DNA of 64,000 nt from Propionibacteriales bacterium (GTDB taxonomy: Bacteria; Actinomycetota; Actinomycetes; Propionibacteriales; Nocardioidaceae), in contig JAPLCC010000016.1 of the NCBI GenBank assembly GCA_026392415.1, forward strand, positions 2,503-66,502, given 5' to 3'. The notes under the pieces are model-generated. The model saw only the letters and a list, made by a program, of their open reading frames with translations. It ran no database searches and was not told where the DNA came from. The first letter of the stretch is position 1. Each line of letters starts with the position of its first letter. The position numbers and the translations under genes are program-made. Below, one piece after another: positions 18,841 to 27,674 of the stretch.

Positions 18841-19708
18841 CGGTTCTGACGACGCCCACCGCGCCGTCCAGTGGGCCGCCGAACAGGCCTACCTGGAGCG
18901 CCGTCCGTTGACCGTGGTGACCGCGGTCGGGACGTCCGAGGTCCCGGCCATCGCGTGGGCCGGCATCGGTGCGGCCTACGTCTACAAGCCCGAGGAGATG
19001 CTCGACCACGGTCGTGCCGTGGCCGACGAGGGCGTCGCCATCGCCCTCCACCTGCGCCCCGGTCTGCAGGCCGAGACCATGGTGCTCGTCGGCGACCCGC
19101 GCCGGGCCCTCGTCGACCTCTCCCGCCATGCCCACCTGCTGGTGCTGGGTTCCCGAGGCCGCGGTGCGGTGCTGAGCAAGGTGCTCGGCTCGGTCAGTGC
19201 CGCAGTCAGCCGCGACGCCGCGTGCCCGGTCGTCGTCTGTCGGCCACGGGAACACCGCGACACGGCCACCCTCGGCGTCCTCGTGGGCGCCGACGGGACG
19301 CTCGAGTCGCTGCCCGTGATCGAGTTCGCCTTCCACCAGGCGTCGATGCTCGGGCTCCCGCTCACCGTCGTGCACTGCGTGTGGGACGAGATCGCCGCAG
19401 CCCATGGCCCGGTCGCGGCCGGCGAGCAGGAGAGCGGTCTGGAGGAACAGCGCCTGCTCCTGGGGGAGAGCGTTGCCGGCATGGCCACGAAGTTCCCCGA
19501 AGTGACCGTCAACCTCCGCCTCGCGCATGGCATCGCTGAGGACTGTCTGTCCGAACGCAGTGGCCGGTGGGACCTCATCGTCGTCGGACGCCACCCGGTC
19601 GAGACCTGGTTCCAACTGATGACCGGGGCCGTCGCCACCGTGGTCATCGAGCGTGCCAGGGCCACCGTCGTCATGGTCCCCCAGTCCGCGCCCGAACCCG
19701 AGAACTGA
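18797..19708 (+). CDS. Universal stress protein (two USP domains)
   Basis: IVVATDGS, LLVLGSRGRG..LGSVS, VLVGADG, IVVGRH..GAVATVV. Confidence 0.95.
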   Translation: METTLNPNTIVVATDGSDDAHRAVQWAAEQAYLERRPLTVVTAVGTSEVPAIAWAGIGAAYVYKPEEMLDHGRAVADEGVAIALHLRPGLQAETMVLVGDPRRALVDLSRHAHLLVLGSRGRGAVLSKVLGSVSAAVSRDAACPVVVCRPREHRDTATLGVLVGADGTLESLPVIEFAFHQASMLGLPLTVVHCVWDEIAAAHGPVAAGEQESGLEEQRLLLGESVAGMATKFPEVTVNLRLAHGIAEDCLSERSGRWDLIVVGRHPVETWFQLMTGAVATVVIERARATVVMVPQSAPEPEN

Positions 19709-19717
19709 GGGATCGAC

Positions 19718-20563
19718 ATGACAGGGATCATCCCGGCCGGCAGCATCGTCGTCGGCGCCGACGGTTCCAAGCACGCCAACCGGGCGGTCGTCTGGGGCGC
19801 CGAGCAGGCCGGGCTCGAACGGCGCGCGCTGGTCGTCCTCACCGCCGACGGGAACCACCTCCACCGGATCAACCAGGACGCCGTCCAGCTCGCGGCCGAA
19901 ACGGCACCGGACATCGACGTGATCCCTCTGACGGCCGCAGGCGATCCGAGATCCATCCTCGTCGAGCTGTCCCGCGACGCCCACCTGGTGGTCCTCGGAT
20001 CGCGAGGTCACGGCACCGTCCAGAGCATGCTGCTCGGCTCCGTGAGTGCCGCAGTCAGCCGCCTGGCATGGTGCCCGGTGATCGTCTGCCGCCCCCGGGC
20101 CGACGGCCACCGGGGCCGCGGGGTCCTGGTCGGCGCAGACGGCACCCCCGATTCCCTGGCCGTGATCGAGTTCGCCTTCATCCAGGCGTCCATGCGCGGC
20201 ATGGCGCTCACCGTGGTCCACTGCATCTGGGACGTCGTGGCCGCCGTGACCGGCGAACGGAACGTCTCCCTCGACGGAGTCGAGCTCGGCAAGGGCGACG
20301 ACGTCCACCGGCTGCTCGCCGAGTCGATCGCCGGCTTCAGCGAGCAGTACCCCGATGTCCCCGTCTCGCTCCGCGTGACCCACGGGCTCGTGGACGACGT
20401 CATCGGCGGCCGCACCGGTGCGTGGGACCTCGTCGTGGTCGGGCGCCATCCGATCGACACCGTCGGCCGTCTGGTCAAGGGCTCGATCGCCACTGCCGTG
20501 GTCGAACGTGCCCACACCGTCGTGGGCGTCGTACCGGAGGAACGGGTGGCCACCCCGCGATGA
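19718..20563 (+). CDS. Universal stress protein (two USP domains)
   Basis: IVVGADGS, VVLGSRGHG..LGSVS, VVVGRH..GSIATAV. Paralog of the upstream USP. Confidence 0.95.
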   Translation: MTGIIPAGSIVVGADGSKHANRAVVWGAEQAGLERRALVVLTADGNHLHRINQDAVQLAAETAPDIDVIPLTAAGDPRSILVELSRDAHLVVLGSRGHGTVQSMLLGSVSAAVSRLAWCPVIVCRPRADGHRGRGVLVGADGTPDSLAVIEFAFIQASMRGMALTVVHCIWDVVAAVTGERNVSLDGVELGKGDDVHRLLAESIAGFSEQYPDVPVSLRVTHGLVDDVIGGRTGAWDLVVVGRHPIDTVGRLVKGSIATAVVERAHTVVGVVPEERVATPR

Positions 20564-21114
20564 ACGCCGACGCCGAGCACAGCGCACTGGTGGTCTACGA
20601 GTCGATGTTCGACAACACCGCACACGTGGCTGAGGCCGTGGCCCGGGGGCTGGAGCGCGCCGGTTTCGAAGCGCTCGCCGTCCCCGTCACCTCGCTCGCT
20701 GCCTCCGGACCGATCCGGGTCGACCTGCTCGCGGTGGGTGCGCCGACGCACGCATTCACGCTCAGCCGTCGCCAGTCCCGGGCCGACGCCGCGCGCCAGG
20801 GCGCGCCCGCGGGCAGGGTGGCCATCGGTCTCCGGGACTGGATCGCCGGGGTCACCCCGCCGCGCTTCGGCACCGACCGCCTCGTGGTCTTCGACACCCG
20901 CGTCACCCGCGTCCGTCGCCTGCCGCTGGCCGCCGGCGTCACTGCAGCGCGCCTGCTGCGCCGCCGCGGCTTCCGCCTGCTGCGCAAGCCCGTGGCCTTC
21001 CTGGTCGAGGAGACGGCCGGCCCGCTGTCCGAGGGTGAGGTGGCGCGAGCCGAGCGCTGGGGTCAGATGATGGGCGCGGCCTGCCGCGACGACCTCGCCG
21101 CATCGGTCGCCTAG
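20560..21114 (+). CDS. Flavodoxin-like protein
   Basis: LVVYESMFDNTAHVAEAV FMN-binding loop, LLAVGAPTHAF, FDTR. ATGA overlap with the USP. Confidence 0.85.
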   Translation: MNADAEHSALVVYESMFDNTAHVAEAVARGLERAGFEALAVPVTSLAASGPIRVDLLAVGAPTHAFTLSRRQSRADAARQGAPAGRVAIGLRDWIAGVTPPRFGTDRLVVFDTRVTRVRRLPLAAGVTAARLLRRRGFRLLRKPVAFLVEETAGPLSEGEVARAERWGQMMGAACRDDLAASVA

Positions 21115-21126
21115 GTGCAGCGTCGC

Positions 21127-21879
21127 TCAGCACCATCTCCGGGGCCCGTCAGGTTTCAGGGCCCGGTCCCGCAACACCACACCCAGGCGCGTTCCCCATG
21201 CCGCGCAGGTCCGTCGGAAGTCCGTTGCGCGGTACTCCACCACCAGCACCCGGGAGCCGTACGACGCCACGTAGTCCCCGCACTCGTCGTACCGTCCGCA
21301 CTCCTCGGCCACCGCGAAGTCGAAGCCGAGTGTCCGGCCGTTGAGCTCGGCCCAGTTCTTCTGACCGGCGGCGAGGCCGCGTTCGTGTGCACGTCGGATC
21401 AGGTGCCGGGCGAACTGGCGGGCCTCCGCGCGGGTGATCAGCCCATGGCTGCGTGACCAGGAATCGAGGTTGTCGAACTCGACGGCGTCGAACCCGTCCC
21501 GAGCACACCGGTCAATCCAACGGCCGACCACGCGGGACAGGGCGACGCGCTTCGCCGGCGTACGGATGTCGAGGAGCCACTCGCCCCAGGCCTCGTCGAC
21601 GACCGGTTTCCCGCCCCGTTTGAGCACCAGGTTCCAGCGGTCGCGCCAGAAACGGGACTCTCCCGGCTGTGTCTGGAACCCGTTGACGTAGCAGATGTTG
21701 TAACGGCCGGCGGCGGGCTTCGCCTCGCGATCCCGCACCACGACCTCGACGTTCGACGCCGGTCGACTCGTCCCGCCGAGTTGGTAGTCGACATCCGCGC
21801 CGCCCGGTGGCGGCGTCACCCCCGATCCGGCGACGGGCAGGAGCGTCAGCACGACGGAGAGCGCCAGGCCGGCGAACAT
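21127..21879 (-). CDS. Secreted endo-alpha-1,4-polygalactosaminidase-like glycoside hydrolase (GH114)
   Basis: Signal peptide, DYQLGG, ICYVNGFQTQPGE, GFDAVEFDNLDSW, GQKN, FAVAEEC..YDEC. Confidence 0.85.
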   Translation of the reverse strand: MFAGLALSVVLTLLPVAGSGVTPPPGGADVDYQLGGTSRPASNVEVVVRDREAKPAAGRYNICYVNGFQTQPGESRFWRDRWNLVLKRGGKPVVDEAWGEWLLDIRTPAKRVALSRVVGRWIDRCARDGFDAVEFDNLDSWSRSHGLITRAEARQFARHLIRRAHERGLAAGQKNWAELNGRTLGFDFAVAEECGRYDECGDYVASYGSRVLVVEYRATDFRRTCAAWGTRLGVVLRDRALKPDGPRRWC

Positions 21880-21881
21880 TG

Positions 21882-22361
21882 TCAGAGGTACATTCCGTCG
21901 CCCGCTGCCGGCTCAGCAGACGGGTCGGTCGCGTCGCCGTCCGGGACCATCTCGACGACGAGCTTGCCGCCGAACTTGTCCTTCAGCTGCTGGGCGAAGA
22001 AGTTGCTGGCCTCGAGCACGTCGGTCAGGGACGACTCGAGGGTGCCCTTGTTCAGGGCGAGACCGGTGACGGCGTCCTCGAAGACGACGGCCTTCTCGGT
22101 CCAGTACACGCGTGCGTGCAGCAGTCGCTGATTGATCTGGTTGAGGAAGTCGAGCAGATCCGGCGTCTTCTCGACCTCGGTCACGGTGACCGACCAGACC
22201 CGCACGGCCGGGCGGTCCTCGGGACCGACGACGCGCACGGTGTAGGCGCAGTCCTTGTAGCGGAACGGGAAACCACCCTGGTCGTCCCGGCTGAGGGTCT
22301 CGTTGCCGGTGAACTCCTCCAGCAGGCGCTCGACGTACGCGTCGACCATGTCGCGGCTCAT
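21882..22361 (-). CDS. YbjN / T3SS-chaperone-like fold protein
   Basis: 159-aa acidic protein: YTVRV...VRVWS...LLDFLNQINQRLLHARVYW...LESSLTDV..ASNFF..QLKDKFGG. Fold inferred from the pattern. Confidence 0.65.
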   Translation of the reverse strand: MSRDMVDAYVERLLEEFTGNETLSRDDQGGFPFRYKDCAYTVRVVGPEDRPAVRVWSVTVTEVEKTPDLLDFLNQINQRLLHARVYWTEKAVVFEDAVTGLALNKGTLESSLTDVLEASNFFAQQLKDKFGGKLVVEMVPDGDATDPSAEPAAGDGMYL

Positions 22362-22374
22362 GCAGGGACCCTAC

Positions 22375-23865
22375 TCACCAAGGTGAGGGCTCGTAGTCCT
22401 TCACGAAGCAGCCGAACAGGTCCTCGCCGGCCTCGCCGCGCACGATCGGGTCGTAGACCCGGGCGGCGCCATCGACCAGGTCGAGCGGCGCGTGCCAGCC
22501 CTCGGCGGCGATCCGCAGCTTCTCCTGGTGAGGGCGCTCGTCGGTGATCCAGCCGGTGTCCACGGCGGTCATCAGGATCTGGTCGGTCTCGAACATCTCC
22601 CCGGCGCTGGTGCGGGTCATCATGTTGAGCGCAGCCTTGGCCATGTTGGTGTGGGGATGGCCGGGACCCTTGTAGCGACGGGAGAACTGACCCTCCATCG
22701 CCGACACGTTGACGACGTAGGCGCGCCGGGCACCGGCAGCGACGGCAGCGCGCATCGACGGTCGCAGTCGCGACACCAGCAGGAACGGCGCGATCGAGTT
22801 GCAGAACTGCACCTCGAGCAGCTCCAGCGGGTCGACCTCGTCGACGACCTGGGTCCACGAGTTGTTGGTCTGGGTGTCCGGCAGCAGCCCGCCCGCGTCG
22901 ACCGCCGTGCCGGCGAGGTGTCGCTCGAGCGAGGCGTGGCCCGCCGACAGGGCCAGCGAGGTGAGCGACGCGGCGTTCTGTGCGGCCAACGCGGCCTCGA
23001 CCGACTCACCCTCGTGGTGGGCGACGGCATGCGCCTCCAGGGCGCCGGCGATCGCGGCCGGGTGGGCCTCGGAGATCCGGTCGAAGGTCACCATCTCGGG
23101 CAAGGTGCGGCCCGGCGGTGCCTGCACCGGGGCCAGCTCCCCCTCGACCAGGTGCGAGTACGAACCCGGCGAACGCCGGACCGTCTGGCAGGCGTTGTTG
23201 ATCAGGATGTCGAGCGGCCCGTCGGCCGCGACGTCCTCGGTCAGCGCGATCACCTGGGTGGGGTCGCGCAGGTCGATGCCGACGACCTTGAGCCGGTGCA
23301 GCCAGTCGTCGGCGTCCTCCATCGAGGCGAACCGGCGTACGGCGTCCTTCGGGAACCGGGTGGTGATCGTGGTGTGCGCTCCGTCGCGGAGCAGGCGTAG
23401 AGCGATGTACATGCCGATCTTGGCGCGTCCACCGGTCAGCAGGGCGCGCTTGCCGGTGAGATCGGTGCGCTGGTCCCGCTTGGCGTGGCTCATCGCGGCG
23501 CAGCGCGGGCACAGCCAGTGGTAGAACGCGTCGACGAGCGTGAAGTCCTGCTTGCAGATGTAGCAGCCGCGGGCCTTCAGGAGCTCTCCGGCGAAGGCCC
23601 CCTTGGCGGTGGACACCAGCGGGATGCCGGCCGTCTCGTCGTCGATCCGCATGGCCGAACCGGTCGCCGTGGCCTCGATGACGGCCCGGTCCGCTGCCGC
23701 TTCGGCTTCACGCTTGAGGAGGCGACGGGTCTGCTTCAGGGCCTTGTACATGTGCGACGCCGCGCGCTTGACCGTCGTCACGTCCTCGTGCTCCGGCGGC
23801 AGCTGGTGGAGCTGCTTGAGCACCTTGACGGTGATGGCGAGTTCGTCGGGGTCGATCCGTTCCAC
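22375..23865 (-). CDS. SDR oxidoreductase with N-terminal Cys/His (zinc-finger-like) region
   Basis: LLTGGRAKIG, LINNACQ, VNVSAMEG, HTNMAKAALNM, VDTGWITDE. N-terminal CYICK...HWLCPRC. Confidence 0.88.
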   Translation of the reverse strand: MERIDPDELAITVKVLKQLHQLPPEHEDVTTVKRAASHMYKALKQTRRLLKREAEAAADRAVIEATATGSAMRIDDETAGIPLVSTAKGAFAGELLKARGCYICKQDFTLVDAFYHWLCPRCAAMSHAKRDQRTDLTGKRALLTGGRAKIGMYIALRLLRDGAHTTITTRFPKDAVRRFASMEDADDWLHRLKVVGIDLRDPTQVIALTEDVAADGPLDILINNACQTVRRSPGSYSHLVEGELAPVQAPPGRTLPEMVTFDRISEAHPAAIAGALEAHAVAHHEGESVEAALAAQNAASLTSLALSAGHASLERHLAGTAVDAGGLLPDTQTNNSWTQVVDEVDPLELLEVQFCNSIAPFLLVSRLRPSMRAAVAAGARRAYVVNVSAMEGQFSRRYKGPGHPHTNMAKAALNMMTRTSAGEMFETDQILMTAVDTGWITDERPHQEKLRIAAEGWHAPLDLVDGAARVYDPIVRGEAGEDLFGCFVKDYEPSPW

Positions 23866-23924
23866 CGCCGAATCGTACGGGCGCGACTGTCTCAGCCCAT
23901 CATCTCGGCAGGGAGACCGGGTCG

Positions 23925-25451
23925 ATGCCACAAATCCCTCCCATCGGCGCCGCAGGTGCCGATGACCATGTACATCCGTCGACAGAAGTGGAGCGGACCG
24001 TGGCTCGACGCCTCGTCCGAGCGGCAGGGCCCACCCTGGGGTTCGTCGTCGCCTACGTGCTGGCCGTCCAGGTCGGCCGTGCGTCCCTCGTCGAAGGCAG
24101 CGAGATCGCGCTCGCCTGGCCAGCCGCTGCCGTCGAGGTGTTGTGGGCGTTGTACGCCAGCGCCCGCTCCAGGCGTACCGCCGCCCTGCACGCCGCGGCG
24201 TTCTTCGTCCTCACCATCGGGGTCAGCGTCAGCGTCGGGGTCGACGTCGCGACCTCGCTCTGGTTCTCCGGCGTCCATCTGACCTTTGCCGTGGTCACCA
24301 CCTTCATCCTCCGGTACGGCGGCCGTCCGGTGGCCCTGCGTCAGCCGCCCGACCTCACCCGGTTGTTCGTTGCCGTGAGCGTGGGAGCACTCGTCGCGTC
24401 CACGCTGGCCGTGGCCTTCCTCTCCTACCAGGGCGACGACGACCCGGGCCAGACCTTCACCCTCTTCGCCGTGCGCAACGGCGTCACCGCCCTGGCAGGC
24501 GTGGCCGTGGCGCTCCGCGTCAGGGACTTCCGGTGGCGAACCCCGTCGTTGCAGGAACCGCGAACCCTCGAGGCCATTGCCTGCGCCGCGGTCACGACGC
24601 TCGTCTTCGCCCGAATCTTCTGGTTCAACATCGGCCTGCCCACCGGATTCGTGATGGTGCTTCCGGCCATCTGGATCGCACTGCGCTTCTCCACCGCTGC
24701 CAGCACCGTCTTCGTCACCGTCACCGGCACGTTCATCGTCTGGTCGACGCTGCTGGACCACGGACCGCTCCACGGCCTGCCCGCCCAACAGCAGGCATTC
24801 CTCGCCCAGGGCACCGTGCTCACCCTGACCCTTGTCGCCCTCACGCTGGCGTTGTTCCGGGACTCCCGAAACGAGTTGATCGCCGAGCTCCGCCATCTGG
24901 CCCTCCACGACCCGCTCACCGGGCTCGCCAACCGGACACTGTTCATCCAGCAGCTGGACGTCCATCTCGACAGCCAACGTGCGGTCGACGCACCGGTGGG
25001 CGTGATCTTCCTCGACCTGGACGGCTTCAAGCTGGTCAACGACGCATGGGGCCACCGTGAGGGCGACCTGCTCCTGCACGAGATGGCCCGCCGGATCAAG
25101 GCCGCCATCCGGCCGGCCGACCTGGCCGCCCGCCTCGGTGGCGACGAGTTCGTCGTCGCCTGCACGGGCCTCTCCAGCACCGACGAGCTCCACGAGATCG
25201 CCGAGCGGATCCGGCTCCAGATCGCGGCTCCGTACGGCACCGCTGCGGACGCCCCGTTCGACCGGATCACGGCCAGCATCGGCTACGCCCTGTCGGACCG
25301 GAAGAGCACCTCGAAGGCACTCCTCAGTGCCGCTGACCGCGCGATGTACCAGGCCAAGCGAGCCGGGAGAAATCAGACGGCAGTGCTTTCTCAGCCGCTG
25401 AGTGCGTTGGACACCATGGCGACCGAGCCGGCCGGGATTCCCGGGCTGTAG
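23925..25451 (+). CDS. MASE1-like membrane domain plus GGDEF diguanylate cyclase
   Basis: About 9 hydrophobic segments, then HDPLTGLANR, FLDLDGFKLVND, RPAD I-site, RLGGDEF. Start may be further downstream. Confidence 0.92.
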   Translation: MPQIPPIGAAGADDHVHPSTEVERTVARRLVRAAGPTLGFVVAYVLAVQVGRASLVEGSEIALAWPAAAVEVLWALYASARSRRTAALHAAAFFVLTIGVSVSVGVDVATSLWFSGVHLTFAVVTTFILRYGGRPVALRQPPDLTRLFVAVSVGALVASTLAVAFLSYQGDDDPGQTFTLFAVRNGVTALAGVAVALRVRDFRWRTPSLQEPRTLEAIACAAVTTLVFARIFWFNIGLPTGFVMVLPAIWIALRFSTAASTVFVTVTGTFIVWSTLLDHGPLHGLPAQQQAFLAQGTVLTLTLVALTLALFRDSRNELIAELRHLALHDPLTGLANRTLFIQQLDVHLDSQRAVDAPVGVIFLDLDGFKLVNDAWGHREGDLLLHEMARRIKAAIRPADLAARLGGDEFVVACTGLSSTDELHEIAERIRLQIAAPYGTAADAPFDRITASIGYALSDRKSTSKALLSAADRAMYQAKRAGRNQTAVLSQPLSALDTMATEPAGIPGL

Positions 25452-27496
25452 CGGTATCCCTGGACCTCGTCGCAACCCCGCTCGCGCAGGTAGCGTTCCT
25501 GCGCCTCGGTCTCCACCCCTTCGGCCACCACGGTCATCCCGAGCGCGTGGGCCATCACGATGATGGCGTCGACGATCGCCGCGTTGTGGTCGACGCTGAT
25601 GATCTCCTGGACGAATGACCGGTCGATCTTGATCTTGTCGATGGGGAACTTCGTCAGGTAGGCGAGACTGCTGTAGCCGCAACCGAAGTCGTCGACGACG
25701 ATCGTGACACCGAGCGCCCGCAAGGACTGGAGCATGGCGACGGCGTCACCGTGGTCGTCGATCAGCAGGCCCTCGGTGATCTCCACCTCGAGCTGTTCCG
25801 GGGCGATGCCTGCCTCCTCGATCGCCTCGGCGATCTCGTCGAGCCACGCGGTTCCCCGCATCTGGCGGGGCGACACGTTGACGGCCAGGCGCAACGGGCG
25901 TCCCAGCTGGACCTGAAGGGCGGCCAGGGCGTCGCACGACGTACGCAGGACCCAACTGCCCAGCTGCGTGATCATGCCGCCGTCCTCGGCGACCGGGATG
26001 AACCGGTCGGGCGGCACCGGGCCGAGCGCAGGGCTGTGCCACCGGGCCAGGGCCTCGACACCCACCACCTGGCCGGAGGCGAGGTCCAGCTGGGGCTGGT
26101 AGACGAGCGACAGCTCGCTCTGGTCAGGCTGGTCGAGGGCCTGGCGCAATGCGGCGGAGAGGGCGAGCCGTTCGCTGTTCTCCTCGAGCATGCGCGGCTC
26201 GAACCACTGCACGTTGTTCCGGCCCGCAGCCTTGGCCCGGTACATCGCGATGTCGGCGTTCTTGAGCAGGCCGCCGGGGTCGGCGGCGTCGACGGGGAAC
26301 CGGGTGCCACCGATGCTGCCGGTGACGGCCAGCTCATAGCCGTGCACGACCACGGGTGCCAGGACGTCGGCCATCAGGTCGTCGAGACGATGGGTCAGGT
26401 CAGCCCCGGGGGCGATGTCATGGAAGACGATCACGAACTCGTCTCCCCCGAGCCGTGCGACGAGGTCGTCGGCCCGGGTCCACGCCCGGAGCCGCTCGGA
26501 GACGACGAGCAGGAGCTCGTCCCCGATGTGGTGCCCCAACGAGTCGTTGATCCGCTTGAAGTGGTCGAGGTCCAGCAGCAACAGCACGATCTGGAGGGAC
26601 GAACGGGCAGCCTTCTCCAGGGCCGTCTCGAGGTGCCGGACCAGCAGCGAACGGTTGGCGAGGTTGGTGAGGCCGTCGTGGGTCGCCATGTGCTCCATGC
26701 GCTGGCGATCCTCGACCCGATGGGTGATGTCGTAGGCCACGACGAGGAAGCCGGAGTCCTCCCCCTCGTCGGACTCCAGCGGGACGATCGCCTCCTGGAC
26801 AGGAATCATCCGGTCGTCCTTGTGGCGATAGACCCACTCGCTGTCGTCACCTTGCGCGTCGCCCAGGACAGGCGTCCCGTCGCCGTACGTCTGCCGGCCC
26901 GCACCGTCGATCTCGGTGAGCAAGGTGTCGATGAGCTCGTCGGCGCGGTAGCCGAGCAACGACTCCGCGGCCGGGTTCGCGGTGACGATCCGACCGTGCC
27001 GATCGGTCGCGATGATGCTGAAGGGGATGGTGTCGAGGATCGAGCGCCGGAGCACGTCGTCGCGCGCGGCAGCCTCGGCTGCCTGTCCACGGAGCCGCTC
27101 GGTGATGTCGATGACCGAGGCCAGCACGAACCGTTCGCCGTCGATGACGATCGGATTGAGACCGATCTCGACCCGCATTTCGGTGCCGTCCTTGCGCAGG
27201 CCGAACAGCTCGCGACCCACGCCCATGCCTCGACGATCCGGGTGCACGAAGTAGGCCTCGCGTTCCACGTCGTGGTGGCTCCGGAAGCGGGTCGGAATCA
27301 GGTCCTCGACCCGCAGCAGGAGCAGTTCCTCCCGCGAGTAGCCGAACGACCGCTCGGCCTCGGAGTTGACCAGGACCAGTCGACCGGCCGCGTTGACCAC
27401 GATCATGGCGCTGGGCGCCGCTTCGATGACCAGCCGCAGCCGGTCATCGGCGTCGATCCCGGCCTTCACGGCGGTGTCATCCGCTCGGGACTCCAT
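25391..27496 (-). CDS. PAS-PAS-GGDEF-EAL c-di-GMP cyclase/phosphodiesterase
   Basis: Two PAS domains, HDGLTNLANR, RADD I-site, RLGGDEF, YQPQ, VEALARW, DDFGCGYSS, KIKIDRSFV, VVAEGVET. Confidence 0.95.
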   Translation of the reverse strand: MESRADDTAVKAGIDADDRLRLVIEAAPSAMIVVNAAGRLVLVNSEAERSFGYSREELLLLRVEDLIPTRFRSHHDVEREAYFVHPDRRGMGVGRELFGLRKDGTEMRVEIGLNPIVIDGERFVLASVIDITERLRGQAAEAAARDDVLRRSILDTIPFSIIATDRHGRIVTANPAAESLLGYRADELIDTLLTEIDGAGRQTYGDGTPVLGDAQGDDSEWVYRHKDDRMIPVQEAIVPLESDEGEDSGFLVVAYDITHRVEDRQRMEHMATHDGLTNLANRSLLVRHLETALEKAARSSLQIVLLLLDLDHFKRINDSLGHHIGDELLLVVSERLRAWTRADDLVARLGGDEFVIVFHDIAPGADLTHRLDDLMADVLAPVVVHGYELAVTGSIGGTRFPVDAADPGGLLKNADIAMYRAKAAGRNNVQWFEPRMLEENSERLALSAALRQALDQPDQSELSLVYQPQLDLASGQVVGVEALARWHSPALGPVPPDRFIPVAEDGGMITQLGSWVLRTSCDALAALQVQLGRPLRLAVNVSPRQMRGTAWLDEIAEAIEEAGIAPEQLEVEITEGLLIDDHGDAVAMLQSLRALGVTIVVDDFGCGYSSLAYLTKFPIDKIKIDRSFVQEIISVDHNAAIVDAIIVMAHALGMTVVAEGVETEAQERYLRERGCDEVQGYRYSPGIPAGSVAMVSNALSG

Positions 27497-27586
27497 CGCT
27501 CCTCCGTCTCGTCCGTGCGGACGGTCATCCTTGGTCCTACCAGTGTGTTTCCAGTTCGGCCCCGGCGCCACCCAGGAAAGGAAGTC

Positions 27587-27600
27587 GGGACCTAGGTCCT
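27587..27600. promoter_or_regulatory. DosR-like palindrome in the divergent PAS-GGDEF-EAL / GT2 promoter
   Basis: gggacctaggtcct: 13/14 match to GGGACC-NN-GGTCCC, with a perfect 12-bp palindrome ggacctaggtcc. Confidence 0.5.
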
Positions 27601-27674
27601 TTCTTCGTCCCCGATCGGCCATCGCTTCGTCGAAGGCCGCCGGCGGACGCCCGACAGTGCTTATCGTCGGCCGC

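Noticed and set aside
21882-22361. Type III secretion system
   Set aside because: Only a chaperone-like fold, no apparatus genes, and a Gram-positive-type host.
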